Positions 26,140-36,367 of a DNA stretch of 40,190 nt are shown one piece after another. Every line of letters starts with the position of its first letter. Positions within the stretch are counted from its first letter, which is position 1. A program made the position numbers and the translations under genes. This stretch comes from a bacterium (lineage in GTDB: Bacteria > UBP18 > UBA7526), in NCBI GenBank assembly GCA_030615855.1, contig JAUWYL010000008.1:1-40190 (forward strand), in the 5' to 3' direction. The notes beneath the pieces are model-generated. The model was given only the letters and a program-made list of their open reading frames with translations, was not told where the DNA came from and ran no database searches.

Positions 26140-26913
26140 TCATTTGCATATCCCCCGCTTACTTGTTCTTAAAAACTCCAGAAGATGTTTTATAGAATCT
26201 GTCTTTTCTAATTCTTGCTCAATTTTCTCTGTTGCCCGAGAGAGGTTGAGTTTGGAGCGAAAGATGAGGCGAAAGGCCTCTTTTAGAATAGAAATCTCTT
26301 TACGGGAGAAGCCGTGCCTCTTCAACCCGATAGTATTTATTCCCGATACCCGCAGGGGGTCTCCGGCACCTATAATATAGGGGATAATATCCTTACGGAC
26401 TGGAGAAAACCCTCCGATCATCGCATATGCCCCGATGCGCACATATTGATGAACAGCCACAATCCCTCCAACGACGGCATAGTCCTCAACAGTTACATGG
26501 CCTGCTAGGGTAGCCACATTGGCCAAGGTAACTCCATCCCCTATTCTACAATCATGGGCAATGTGAACATAGGCCATAAGGAAGTTATTATTCCCAATTT
26601 TCGTCTCCCCTCCCCCCTCCTTTGTTCCTCGATTGATGGTCACGAACTCCCGGATAATGTTATTCTCCCCAATTACTACCCTTGTCTTCTCCCCCTTATA
26701 TTCCAGATATTGAGGAGGAGTGCCGATGGCTGATTGAGCAAGGATCTTACAGTTCTTACCGATCTTTGTCCAGCCATCAAGGAAGACATGAGGACCGATC
26801 TGGCAACCATATCCAATCTCTACATTCTCCCCCACAATGGTATAAGGACCGATGCTTACTTCTTTACTAATCTTTGCCTTCTTATGAACAATGGCTGTCC
26901 TATGTATTCCCAT
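26140..26913 (-). CDS. lpxA: Acyl-ACP--UDP-GlcNAc (or GlcNAc3N) acyltransferase
   Basis: Hexapeptide repeats, IREFVTINRGT, MAYVHIAHDC, LAGHV, VHQ, G.N.IGL.R.GF. Confidence 0.96.
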   Translation of the reverse strand: MGIHRTAIVHKKAKISKEVSIGPYTIVGENVEIGYGCQIGPHVFLDGWTKIGKNCKILAQSAIGTPPQYLEYKGEKTRVVIGENNIIREFVTINRGTKEGGGETKIGNNNFLMAYVHIAHDCRIGDGVTLANVATLAGHVTVEDYAVVGGIVAVHQYVRIGAYAMIGGFSPVRKDIIPYIIGAGDPLRVSGINTIGLKRHGFSRKEISILKEAFRLIFRSKLNLSRATEKIEQELEKTDSIKHLLEFLRTSKRGICK

Positions 26914-26931
26914 TTTTCGTTAAACCTCCTA

Positions 26932-27008
26932 AGTAACCAGTAACTAGCGAACAGTAAAAAACTGGTTACTGTAAACTGTTAACTGTGAACTCCCCGATGA
27001 AATCGGGG
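26932..27008. repeat. Empty heptamer shell plus CCCCGATGAAATCGGGG hairpin
   Basis: AGTAACCAGTAACTAGCGAACAGTAAAAAACTGGTTACTGTAAACTGTTAACT. Confidence 0.8.
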
Positions 27009-27009
27009 G

Positions 27010-28392
27010 TCATTCCCCCTCCCTCAGGACAAGGGCGAACATGAGCTCTGCCCCAGCCACTAACTTATCTTCGACATAGGCCCTGGTGGTCATCTTCCCC
27101 ATTCTTCCTTTAATCTTGCTCACCTCTGCCTCGAGACGCAAAGTATCACCGGGGACTACTGGTTTTCTGAAACGAACCTTGTCAATGCCTGTAAAGTAGG
27201 CCAGTTTCCCGGAATGTTCTCGCTTCGATAGGAGTAAAATTCCTCCTACCTGGGCCATGGCCTCAACGATGAGCACCCCGGGCATAACCGGATGGCCTGG
27301 GAAGTGCCCCTGAAAAAACTCCTCATTTATTGAAACATTCTTAATCCCCACTGCCCTCTTATCCTCTTCGAGTTCAAGGATCCTATCTACTAAGAGGAAG
27401 GGATATCTATGGGGAAGGATCTTCTGAATGTCCTTAATACCTAAGATTTCTTTAGTCCTTATCCTCTTCTGAATTTCTTCTATTTCTTTCTTTAAAGGAA
27501 TCTTCTCTCTCTTCAGGCTATGGATTTTCTTTACCAGCTCCACGTTTGCCCCATGGCCACTCTTTAAGGCAATGATATGGGCTTTAAGGGGGGGGCCGAT
27601 GAGATATAAATCTCCAAGTAAATCGAGGATCTTGTGGCGCACAAACTCATCGGGAAACCTTAAGGGTTCTTTATTCAATATTCCTTTCTCGCCGATGACC
27701 ACGGCATTCTCCAGGCTCCCCCCTTTAATGAGCCCCCTCTCCCTCAGTTCCCTTACTTCGCTCTCAAAGCCAAAGGTCCTTGCGGGAGCGATTTCTTTTA
27801 CGAAGGTATCCTCATTTATGACAAAGGAAGCAAACTGGGTCCTCAGGACCGGATGGTCAAAGTCAATGGTATAACTTATCTTGAGCTCCTCGTTTGGTAG
27901 GGCGATGAGATAGACATCCCCCTTCGCTGAAGCTTCGGAGGATAGTCCACCGAAGTCTTGACGAAGGTGGACATCCTCTTTTATATAGAAAACAGGCTCT
28001 TTTAACTCTAAGTATTCTCTTTCTTTTTCCTGCTCAACGATCCCTGCTTCTTTTAGGGCTTGAGCAAAGGGAAGGGCACTTCCATCCGCTGCCGGTGCTT
28101 CATCTGAATCTATCTCAATAATTAAATTATCAATACTCAAACCGGTCAAGGCCGCCAAGATATGCTCGACACTCTGCACTTTTAGTTCACCTTCTCCGAG
28201 ACTTGTTTCGCGAGAGGCTTTAATCACTTTAGTAACTTCTACTACTATCTGGGGCTTGCCCCCAAGGTCCACCCGAACAAACCTTACTCCACTATCTACG
28301 GGAGCAGGCTTGAAGGTAATCTTTACCTTTCTCCCAGTATGTAATCCGTTCCCAGAGTAACTGATTTCTCTTCCAATGGTCCTCTGTTTCAT
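27010..28392 (-). CDS. lpxC: Bifunctional LpxC deacetylase / FabZ dehydratase
   Basis: [40 protein letters not shown], then [31 protein letters not shown]. Confidence 0.97.
   Translation of the reverse strand: MKQRTIGREISYSGNGLHTGRKVKITFKPAPVDSGVRFVRVDLGGKPQIVVEVTKVIKASRETSLGEGELKVQSVEHILAALTGLSIDNLIIEIDSDEAPAADGSALPFAQALKEAGIVEQEKEREYLELKEPVFYIKEDVHLRQDFGGLSSEASAKGDVYLIALPNEELKISYTIDFDHPVLRTQFASFVINEDTFVKEIAPARTFGFESEVRELRERGLIKGGSLENAVVIGEKGILNKEPLRFPDEFVRHKILDLLGDLYLIGPPLKAHIIALKSGHGANVELVKKIHSLKREKIPLKKEIEEIQKRIRTKEILGIKDIQKILPHRYPFLLVDRILELEEDKRAVGIKNVSINEEFFQGHFPGHPVMPGVLIVEAMAQVGGILLLSKREHSGKLAYFTGIDKVRFRKPVVPGDTLRLEAEVSKIKGRMGKMTTRAYVEDKLVAGAELMFALVLREGE
27913..27976. repeat. 57-bp REP-doublet-like in-frame insertion in lpxC
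   Basis: GACATCC direct repeat at 27913-27919 and 27970-27976 enclosing two mutually inverted hairpins. Confidence 0.85.
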
Positions 28393-29414
28393 TTCTTCTT
28401 TTCCAATTCCTCGATTCTTTTCTTTAACTCTCGAACCAATTTGTGTAATTCTGGTAGCCTCAATATGCTGGCCTCGATCCTCTTAGCCTGAGCATGGGGC
28501 CTTGCTGGGTAACCAGAGACAACCGTATTTGGGGGAACGGATTTTAATACCCCTGCCCGACCCCCCACTATCACTCCATCCCCAATCTTTATATGGCCGA
28601 CCACCCCTGCCTGACCTGCTAAGGTAACTCCTTTACCAATCTCGGTACTTCCTGAGACCCCCACTTGGGCAATGATGATGGAGTCCTCTCCAATGACTAC
28701 ATTATGGGCGATTTGGACCAGGTTGTCTATCTTCACTCCTCTCTTTATCCAGGTTTTTCCCAAGGTTGCTCGGTCGATAGTGACATTGGCTCCAATCTCA
28801 ACGTCATCCTCAATGACCACCCTTCCAATCTGAGGAACCTTATGCTGCTTTCCTTCGTGTGGGATATAGCCGAAGCCATCGGAACCGATGACTGTCCCGG
28901 AATGGATAATTACTCTACTGGCAATCTTTACTCCCTCTCTGATCATCACCTGGGGGTAGATGAGGCAATCTTTTCCTATTCTACTTCCCCTTCCCACATA
29001 GACTAAGGGATAGATTATGGTATTATCTCCAATCCTCGCTTTTTCTTCTATCATAGAGTAAGCACCGATGGAGACCTTCTTCCCCAGATCCACCCCTTTT
29101 GAAACGATGGCTGTGGGATGAACCCCTTCGGTAGGTTTTTGGTAAGGAACTAAGATCCTCATCACCTGGCTAAAGGCAAGATAAGGATTCTCCACCTGGA
29201 TAAGGGGAACTTTCGCTTCCTTGACTTCGCGGGAGACGATGACCGCTGAGGCCTGAGTAGTTTCTAAAAGGGGAAGGTGCTTTATATCGCTAATGAAGGT
29301 GATTTCTCCTTTCCTTGCCTCCTTTATTTCAACTACACCCTCTACCTCAATACTTGCATCTCCTACTATCTTTCCTCCAATTAGTTCCGCTATCTCTCTC
29401 AAACTTTTTTTCAT
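28389..29414 (-). CDS. lpxD: UDP-3-O-acylglucosamine N-acyltransferase
   Basis: [38 protein letters not shown]. Confidence 0.97.
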   Translation of the reverse strand: MKKSLREIAELIGGKIVGDASIEVEGVVEIKEARKGEITFISDIKHLPLLETTQASAVIVSREVKEAKVPLIQVENPYLAFSQVMRILVPYQKPTEGVHPTAIVSKGVDLGKKVSIGAYSMIEEKARIGDNTIIYPLVYVGRGSRIGKDCLIYPQVMIREGVKIASRVIIHSGTVIGSDGFGYIPHEGKQHKVPQIGRVVIEDDVEIGANVTIDRATLGKTWIKRGVKIDNLVQIAHNVVIGEDSIIIAQVGVSGSTEIGKGVTLAGQAGVVGHIKIGDGVIVGGRAGVLKSVPPNTVVSGYPARPHAQAKRIEASILRLPELHKLVRELKKRIEELEKKK

Positions 29415-29418
29415 ATTT

Positions 29419-29672
29419 CACCACGAGATAGGTAACCACAGATTTTCACAGATTCTCACGAGATTTTGAAAACTTTCTCTCTCGCTAATCTGTGTTAATC
29501 TTGTGGTTCATTTTGCATTTTGCATTGCTAATTTTTCATTTTTCATTGATCTTCTTTCCCACTTTTTCCGTTACCCCGTTACCCCGTTACCCCGACACCT
29601 CGTCCCTCATCCCTCGTCCCTCGGTCACTCCCACTCTCCCGCCTACTCACTTTCTCTCTTTCTCTCTTTTAC
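29419..29672. repeat. Stack of four or more short-repeat types between skp and lpxD
   Basis: CACAGATT/AATCTGTG arms, TTTTGCA units, (CCGTTACC)x3 and CCTCGTC units. Confidence 0.75.
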
Positions 29673-29674
29673 AA

Positions 29675-30184
29675 TTACTTCCCTTTATTCAATACTTTTA
29701 TCACCTCATCCGTGAGATCCATGCCCTCTCCTCCATAAAGCAAGCTATCCTTCCTTAAGATGAGGGTATATCCCTCCTTTTCCCCGACCTTCTTTATCAC
29801 ACTTAATATCTCAGTGATTAGTTTCTTGGTCATGGTTTCCTCTTTTCTTGCCAGATCTATTTCCACATCCCTTACATACTTCTGGAGGTCCAGGATCTTC
29901 TGATTGATCTCCTGGGCCCTCTTCAATCTCTCCTCTTTAGAGAGGAGGGCCTCCTGGGTGGTGAGTTCTTCTCTTAAAGAAGTAATCTCATTTTCTAATT
30001 TGGTAATTTCCTTCCGACGCGCGTTAATTTCCTTATTGAGCTCCTGGCTCGCCTTCTGGGTCTCAGTATACTCATCGAATACCCGGTCCATATCCACATA
30101 GCCCACCTTCGCCAAATCCGCTGTTTTCGCTGATCCAGCAAATAAAACCAGCAACATTCCTAGGATCAAAATCTTCTTCAGCAT
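29675..30184 (-). CDS. skp: OmpH/Skp periplasmic chaperone
   Basis: Signal peptide, KVGYVDM, coiled coil, 'GYTLIL...LLY....DLTDEVIK.LN'. The ATG at 30184 follows AGGAGG. Lies between bamA and lpxD. Confidence 0.92.
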   Translation of the reverse strand: MLKKILILGMLLVLFAGSAKTADLAKVGYVDMDRVFDEYTETQKASQELNKEINARRKEITKLENEITSLREELTTQEALLSKEERLKRAQEINQKILDLQKYVRDVEIDLARKEETMTKKLITEILSVIKKVGEKEGYTLILRKDSLLYGGEGMDLTDEVIKVLNKGK

Positions 30185-30246
30185 TTTCTTCCTCCTTTTA
30201 TTCATTATCCGTGCAAATCCGTTTTTAATCCGTGCCTATCCGTGTT

Positions 30247-32484
30247 TTAGAAGGATTGACCAATAGAAAAATAGAACTGGCTATGGGAGACACCAGTCGG
30301 GGGATTGATGGGTTTTCCATAATCGAAGCGCAGAAGACCCATGGGGCTATGGAACCTTATTCCCGCTCCATAGCCTCCCTCAATATCTTCCCAGTCCGGA
30401 TTACTACCCCTGGCCCAGGTATTCCCACTATCGACAAATAAGACTCCTTTTAATCTCCGATATATGGGAAAGCGCCACTCTAAGTTACCCACCACCATCT
30501 TTACTCCTCCAATGGGATCACCATTGGCTGCCTTGGGACCGATATCGGCATACTTCCATCCTCTCACAGTATCCGCTCCCCCAATATAGAACCTCTCGAA
30601 GATGGGGACATAGGCAGAGTCATCGAACTCCTCAACATATCCCGCCCGAAGGCGCAGGGCGAGAACGAACTTCCAGAAGGTTTTGAAGTACCACCTAGAA
30701 TCCAATCTATGCTTTAAGAAGTCAAAGTCCCCTCCTAAGGGGCCGCCAGCGCACTCTATCGATAAAGAGTTATAGGAGCCTTTGCTGGGATCGAAGATGT
30801 AGTCCCTGGTATCCCTCGCCAGGCTAGGGGTGAGAGAAGAGAGAAATTTCTTCCCTTCTTCCCGGGTAATATCAAAGGGGGCATCGCTTTCTACTTTATA
30901 AACCCTCACCCTCTCCCCCTTATACTTAAGGTACCACTTGGTGAAGTCGGTTATGGGGTGACCAAAAGTAATATCTCCCCCTCTCCTTTCAATATCATAG
31001 CTATCCCGGACCCTCGTCTTATGCCAAATACCGGTAGAGAAGTAGGTTGGAGTATTGAAGAGCCAAGGGTTAGTAAAACGCAGGGAATAGTTCTGCCTCT
31101 TCCCTCCAAACTCCACAGTGGCGCTTGCCTGATATCCCCGGCCAAAGAGGTTGATTTCAGAGACTGAGACCTGGCCTATCACCCCGTCTACATTGGAATA
31201 TCCCGCTCCCAGGTTTAGGGTCCCGGTCTTCTTCTCCTTGACATCAAAGACCAGGTTTATGATATCTGGTTCTTTTCCCGGATAGGTATCGATTTTTACC
31301 CCTTCTTCTCCCTCGATGTCCAACCTCTTGAAGTATCCTAAGTTATATAACTTCTCCTGGCTTCTCAGTATCTTCTTATAGTTGAAGATCTCTCCTTCCC
31401 CAATGACCAGCTCCCTTCTTATCACATAATTCTTGGTCTTCTCATTCCCCGTGATCTCGATCTTCCCGATATAGGCCAAAGAGCCTTCCGTGATATCCAG
31501 ACTGATGTCTATCCTCTCTTCCTTTTCATCGATCTTCTTCGTTGGTACTACCCGGGCAAAGGCATATCCCTTATTGTAGTATAGGGCGTGGATCTGGAAG
31601 AGATCCCTATCGAACTGTAGTTCATTATAGACCATCCCCTCTTTCAGAACTGTCTCTTTCTTGATCTCCTCATCTGTGAATAATTCATTGCCCGAGATGG
31701 TCAGGCTTCCCATCTTTATCTGAGGTCCTTCTTTGATTAAGATAGTAATAAATATCTTTTCTTCTTCATAACTAATCTTATGATCCACAATCCCCGCTAA
31801 AAGATAGCCTCTTGTCTTATAGAGAGTGACTATCCTTTCTAAGTCTTCTTGAAAGACCTTCTTATCGAACTTTCTCTTCTTGGTCTTCATCACCCTCCTT
31901 ATCTTCCTATCAGAGAAGACTTCATTCCCCAGGATCTCAATCTTCTTTACCTTTAGCCTCGGACCCTCTTTAATATTAAAGGTGACATTTACTTTCCCTT
32001 CTTCCTTATCTATCTTTATCTCTTCCTGAACCTTGGCCTGATAATACCTCTTCTCCTTGTATAGAGAGAGAATCTCCTCCTTGGCCTCCTCTACCTTCTT
32101 CTCGCTATAGACCTCGTCAACCTTCAGCCCAACCTCATCTAAGAGGGTTCCTTTTCTGATCTTCTTATTTCCCTTAAAAATTATCTTCTCAACTAAGAAT
32201 CTCTCCTCAACGATGAACTTTACCTTAATCCCTTCTTCAAAAGGAGAGATGTCGATCTTGACATCAGAAAAGAAACCTAAGGCATAGATTCTCTTCAGGT
32301 CTTCTCTTAAGGCAGGAAGAGAGTATTCATCCCCTACTTTGGTCTCTACCACCTTTAAGATTCTTTCCCGGGTAATGTTCTTATTCCCCCCAACCTCAAT
32401 GGCCTTGATAATCTTTCCTTGGGCCCTTGCTCCGCCAGTAATAATCGCCAGACTAAAAATGACAAGGATCAGACTTTTCCTCAT
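30247..32484 (-). CDS. bamA: Outer membrane protein assembly factor BamA
   Basis: Five POTRA-like repeats (I...GN), VIRREL, ERFYIGGADTVRGW, SPMG.LRFDYG, C-terminal Phe. Confidence 0.96.
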   Translation of the reverse strand: MRKSLILVIFSLAIITGGARAQGKIIKAIEVGGNKNITRERILKVVETKVGDEYSLPALREDLKRIYALGFFSDVKIDISPFEEGIKVKFIVEERFLVEKIIFKGNKKIRKGTLLDEVGLKVDEVYSEKKVEEAKEEILSLYKEKRYYQAKVQEEIKIDKEEGKVNVTFNIKEGPRLKVKKIEILGNEVFSDRKIRRVMKTKKRKFDKKVFQEDLERIVTLYKTRGYLLAGIVDHKISYEEEKIFITILIKEGPQIKMGSLTISGNELFTDEEIKKETVLKEGMVYNELQFDRDLFQIHALYYNKGYAFARVVPTKKIDEKEERIDISLDITEGSLAYIGKIEITGNEKTKNYVIRRELVIGEGEIFNYKKILRSQEKLYNLGYFKRLDIEGEEGVKIDTYPGKEPDIINLVFDVKEKKTGTLNLGAGYSNVDGVIGQVSVSEINLFGRGYQASATVEFGGKRQNYSLRFTNPWLFNTPTYFSTGIWHKTRVRDSYDIERRGGDITFGHPITDFTKWYLKYKGERVRVYKVESDAPFDITREEGKKFLSSLTPSLARDTRDYIFDPSKGSYNSLSIECAGGPLGGDFDFLKHRLDSRWYFKTFWKFVLALRLRAGYVEEFDDSAYVPIFERFYIGGADTVRGWKYADIGPKAANGDPIGGVKMVVGNLEWRFPIYRRLKGVLFVDSGNTWARGSNPDWEDIEGGYGAGIRFHSPMGLLRFDYGKPINPPTGVSHSQFYFSIGQSF

Positions 32485-32532
32485 ATGAAATTCTTAAAGG
32501 AATTCTCCCCTGAAACCCCTTGATGTAAGTAA

Positions 32533-32640
32533 GGAAAAAAGGGAAACAGGGAAAAAGGGAAAATAGGCATTAGAAATGGGAAATTGGAAATTGGAAATTC
32601 TCTCACTTTCTCACCTGCTCACTTTCCCACTTTCTCCCTT
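32533..32640. repeat. 7-8-mer purine/pyrimidine repeats between clpC and bamA
   Basis: GGGAAA(A/C)A units, GGAAATT units and CTCACTTT units; 32612-32630 is identical to 4072-4090. Confidence 0.7.
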
Positions 32641-35162
32641 CCCTTCTCCTTGAAGACCAGCCTATTCTCCTCAAGATCGACCAGAATGGTGGAGCCCTCT
32701 TTGAACCTTCCTTTTAAGAGTTCAGAGGAGAGAGGGTCCTCAATGAACCTCTCAATATTCCTCTCCAGTGGTCGGGCGCCAAAGACATAGGTATAATCCT
32801 TGGTCCCCTTGATGGCATCGTACTCCTTGGTGACCAGGAATTCCCTGGCCTTATTAGAGAGCTCTAACTTTATCCCCTTCTTATCCAATCTCTTGCGCAA
32901 TCTTTCAAGCATGAGTTCCGAGATTTTGGTTAGATTATCCTTGTCTAAGGGATGGAAGACGATGATCCCATCCAGCCTATTCAAGAACTCTGGTCGGAAG
33001 ATCTTCTTCATCTTGGAGAGAACATTCCGCCTCATCTCCTCATGGGAGATTTCCTTTACCGCCTCAAAGCCCGGAGCTCTCCTCATAATATCCTCAGTCC
33101 CCACGTTACTAGTCATGATGACGACCGCGTTCTTAAAGTTTGCCGTTCTGCCCAGGCTATCCGTCAATCTCCCTTCATCCATAACCTGCAACAAGATATT
33201 GAAGACATCGGGATGGGCCTTCTCGATCTCGTCTAAGAGAATCACAGTATAGGGCCTTCTCCTCACTGGTTCTGTGAGCTGGCCCGCCTCCTCATATCCT
33301 ACATATCCTGGGGGAGCCCCAACCAGTCTTGAGACTGTAAACCTCTCTGCGAATTCACTCATATCGAACCTCACCATGGCATTCTCATCACCGAAGAGGG
33401 ACTCGGCCAGGGTGCGGGCAAGTTCCGTCTTTCCTACTCCAGTGGGACCAGCGAAGATAAAGGAGCCGATGGGCCTCTTGGGCTCCTTTATCCCTACCCT
33501 GGCCCTTCTCACAGCATCGGAGACCGTCTTAAGGGCCTCCTCCTGACCGACTACCCTCTTGGCTAGCTCCTCTTCCATCCTGGTTAGCCTCTCCTGCTCA
33601 TCCTGGGTGAGTTTGATGACCGGTATTCCCGTCCACTTGGAGACGATATAGGCGATATCGTCACTAGATACTTCCGGCTTCAAGGCCTTCTTTGACCTCT
33701 CCCACTCCTCCCTGGTCTTCTTCAACTTCTCTTTCAGTTCTTTGACTCTGTCTCTATATTCTGCTGCTTTCTCAAACTCCTGGGCCTTTACCGCTTCTAC
33801 CTTCTCCTTCTCTGCCTCCTCTATCTCCTTCTCTATATCCTTAAGATGAGGGGGCATGGTGGCCTCTGCTAAGCGCGCCCGGGCGCTGGCCTCATCAATC
33901 AGATCAATGGCCTTATCTGGAAGGTTCCTATCAGAGATATATCTCTCGGATAATTCTGCTGCAGATTTCAGAGCCTCTGGGGTTATCCTTACTTTATGAT
34001 GCTCCTCATACCTGCTCTTTAATCCCTCCAGGATCTTCTCTGTCTCTTCCACAGATGGCTCATCGATGAAGACCTGCTGAAACCTCCTCTCAAGGGCTCC
34101 GTCCTTCTCAATATACTTTCTATATTCACCTAAGGTTGTGGCCCCGATACACTGCAGTTCCCCCCGGGCTAAAGAGGGCTTTAGGATGCTGGAAGCATCG
34201 ATGGCTCCCTCTGCCGCACCAGCCCCGGCCAAGGTATGGAGTTCATCAATGAAGATGATGATGTTCCCACTCCTCCTAATCTCATCCACTACTTTCTTTA
34301 ATCTTGCCTCAAACTCACCCCGATACTTGGTTCCCGCGACCATTCCTGCTAAGTCCAGGGCGATCATCCTCTTATCGGCTAATAGATCGGCCACTTTCCC
34401 TGCTGCAATTCTCTGAGCAACACCCTCTGCGATGGCCGTCTTTCCCACTCCCGGCTCACCAATTAATGCCGCATTATTCTTTGTCCTCCGGGCTAAGATC
34501 TGGATGATCCTCCCTATCTCATCCTCCCTTCCGATGACCGGATCGAGCTTTCCCTCTTTTGCCAATTGGGTCATATCCCTCCCATAGGCATCCAGGGCTG
34601 GAGTCTTAGAGACCGCCTTCGGTTTCATGGCCGCTTTCGGTATTCCAAATATTCCAGGAAAACCCTTGGGGATCTCTTCTTCTGGAGCAATTCCTGGTAT
34701 CTCCGGGGCCTCAGGAGGAACCTCTGGTCGAAGGAGCTCCAGTATGGCCTTTCTTGCTTTTTCTAAATCAACCTTTAGGTTTAATAAGACCTGGGCAGCC
34801 ACCCCTTCTCCCTCACTAATCAGGGCCAAGAGGATGTGCTCTGTCCCCACATAATTATGTCCTAACCTTCTCGCCTCCTCCACCACAATCCTTTCCAGGA
34901 CTTTCTTCGCCCGAGGAGTAAAGGGGATCTCGCCCATCTTTAGAGTTGCTGCTCCTTTGGGGACGATCTTCTCCACCGCTAACCTTATGGACTCTAAATC
35001 GACACCGAAGCCCTTAAGTATTTCAACCGCTACCCCCTCTCCCAATCTTACCAATCCTAAGAGTAGATGCTCTGTTCCCACATAATCGTGACCCAGTCTT
35101 CCTGCCTCTTGGCGGGCAAGATCTATGACCCTCTTTGCTCTCTCAGTGAACCTTCCATCCAT
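32619..35162 (-). CDS. clpC: ATP-dependent Clp protease ATP-binding subunit
   Basis: Two Clp-N repeats, GEPGVGKT, FIDELH, UVR/M domain, GPTGVGKT, LLDEIEKAH, GARPL; follows mcsB. Confidence 0.96.
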   Translation of the reverse strand: MDGRFTERAKRVIDLARQEAGRLGHDYVGTEHLLLGLVRLGEGVAVEILKGFGVDLESIRLAVEKIVPKGAATLKMGEIPFTPRAKKVLERIVVEEARRLGHNYVGTEHILLALISEGEGVAAQVLLNLKVDLEKARKAILELLRPEVPPEAPEIPGIAPEEEIPKGFPGIFGIPKAAMKPKAVSKTPALDAYGRDMTQLAKEGKLDPVIGREDEIGRIIQILARRTKNNAALIGEPGVGKTAIAEGVAQRIAAGKVADLLADKRMIALDLAGMVAGTKYRGEFEARLKKVVDEIRRSGNIIIFIDELHTLAGAGAAEGAIDASSILKPSLARGELQCIGATTLGEYRKYIEKDGALERRFQQVFIDEPSVEETEKILEGLKSRYEEHHKVRITPEALKSAAELSERYISDRNLPDKAIDLIDEASARARLAEATMPPHLKDIEKEIEEAEKEKVEAVKAQEFEKAAEYRDRVKELKEKLKKTREEWERSKKALKPEVSSDDIAYIVSKWTGIPVIKLTQDEQERLTRMEEELAKRVVGQEEALKTVSDAVRRARVGIKEPKRPIGSFIFAGPTGVGKTELARTLAESLFGDENAMVRFDMSEFAERFTVSRLVGAPPGYVGYEEAGQLTEPVRRRPYTVILLDEIEKAHPDVFNILLQVMDEGRLTDSLGRTANFKNAVVIMTSNVGTEDIMRRAPGFEAVKEISHEEMRRNVLSKMKKIFRPEFLNRLDGIIVFHPLDKDNLTKISELMLERLRKRLDKKGIKLELSNKAREFLVTKEYDAIKGTKDYTYVFGARPLERNIERFIEDPLSSELLKGRFKEGSTILVDLEENRLVFKEKGREKVGK

Positions 35163-35196
35163 CTCAAACCTCCCAATAGTCTCTTTATCGTTAGCC

Positions 35197-35288
35197 AGTT
35201 AATGGTTTACCCGCTCCCCGATTCACCGGGGTCGCTGTTTACCGCTTACGGTAAAAAACCGTACACCGTAAACCGTTAACCGTAAACC
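35197..35288. repeat. Heptamer shell with an internal CCCCG/CGGGG hairpin
   Basis: GGTTTAC...GCTTACGGTAAAAAACCGTACACCGTAAACCGTTAACCGTAAACC. Confidence 0.75.
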
Positions 35289-35293
35289 AATTG

Positions 35294-36352
35294 TTATCGA
35301 TTACTGCTTCTTATTTTTAACTTTTCTCTTATGAGTGTTGCTCTCTTCACGTCCCTCTCTGGAGCGCTTAACTTCTTGCCTGCCATCTCTTGAAGATGGG
35401 CAGGTCGGGTGAGAATCAGTAGTTCATTTAAAGTGGAGATATCTATATCCTTAGCCAGATCGATACTCGCTCCCAAGCGCAATTTGGAGAGGAGGGTCAG
35501 GGTCTCAGCAGAACTGATGGTATAGGCGCTGCAGAGCGTTCCATAGGCCCGGGAGACGCTATCTTTTATCTCTTCTTTTAATTGGGTTAGGAGCCTCTTC
35601 CGTGCTCCCTTTTCATACTCCATAATCTCCCGGGCAGCCTTCTCCACGTGCTCCACAATCTCCTCCTCACTCTCACCCAGACTTATCTCATTTGAAATCT
35701 GAAATAAGTCTCCCTGGGCCTGGGTCCCCTCTCCATAGATGCCCCTTACCGCCATATTCGCTCGGGAGACGGCATCCAGGACCTTGTTTATCTGTCTTGA
35801 TATAACTAAGGCAGGGAGATGAATCATGGCCGAAGCCCTCAGGCCTGTTCCAGTATTTGTGGGGCAGGCGGTTAAGTATCCATACTTCTCAGAATAGGCA
35901 TAATTCAATCCCTTCTCCAGTTCATTATCTATCTTGCTTGCCAATCTCCAGGCCTCAATGAGGTTCAGTCCAGACTCTGTCACCTGAATCCTGAGATGGT
36001 CCTCCTCATTCACCATGATGGAGATGATCTCTTTATCTCCGATAATAACCGCCCTCTCCTTTCCCTTGCCTTGAGCATGCTCCCTGGAGATTAGATGACG
36101 CTCCATCAAGAACTGGCGATCGATGTCATCCAGTTCTTTGAGATCGATTATAAGGGCATTCTTCAGATAACTGCTTCTCTTAGCTCCTTTTGAAACCTGT
36201 TCTATAATCGCGGCTAAATCTTCTTTCTTTGCCCAATGGGTGAAGGAGAAGTCAGCCAAGTTCCGGGCAAGTCTCACGCGGCTTGAGATGACGATCTCCT
36301 TTGACTCCTCGAGCCACTGACTAATCTTAGAAGCCATTTCTTTAAAACGCAT
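35294..36352 (-). CDS. mcsB: Protein-arginine kinase
   Basis: SSRVRLARN, ERHLIS, NEEDHLRIQ, GYLTACPTN.GTGLRAS, RGIYGEG. Confidence 0.96.
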   Translation of the reverse strand: MRFKEMASKISQWLEESKEIVISSRVRLARNLADFSFTHWAKKEDLAAIIEQVSKGAKRSSYLKNALIIDLKELDDIDRQFLMERHLISREHAQGKGKERAVIIGDKEIISIMVNEEDHLRIQVTESGLNLIEAWRLASKIDNELEKGLNYAYSEKYGYLTACPTNTGTGLRASAMIHLPALVISRQINKVLDAVSRANMAVRGIYGEGTQAQGDLFQISNEISLGESEEEIVEHVEKAAREIMEYEKGARKRLLTQLKEEIKDSVSRAYGTLCSAYTISSAETLTLLSKLRLGASIDLAKDIDISTLNELLILTRPAHLQEMAGKKLSAPERDVKRATLIREKLKIRSSNR

Positions 36353-36367
36353 TTTACTCCCCTAAAA

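Noticed and set aside
26992-27008. Rho-independent terminator after lpxC/fabZ (and similar hairpins at 25189 and 35216)
   Set aside because: There is no U-tract on the sense strand, the sites are mid-operon, and the hairpin is a dispersed repeat family.
27010-28392. lpxC-fabZ fusion as a novelty
   Set aside because: This is a well-known bifunctional architecture (e.g. in Bacteroidota).
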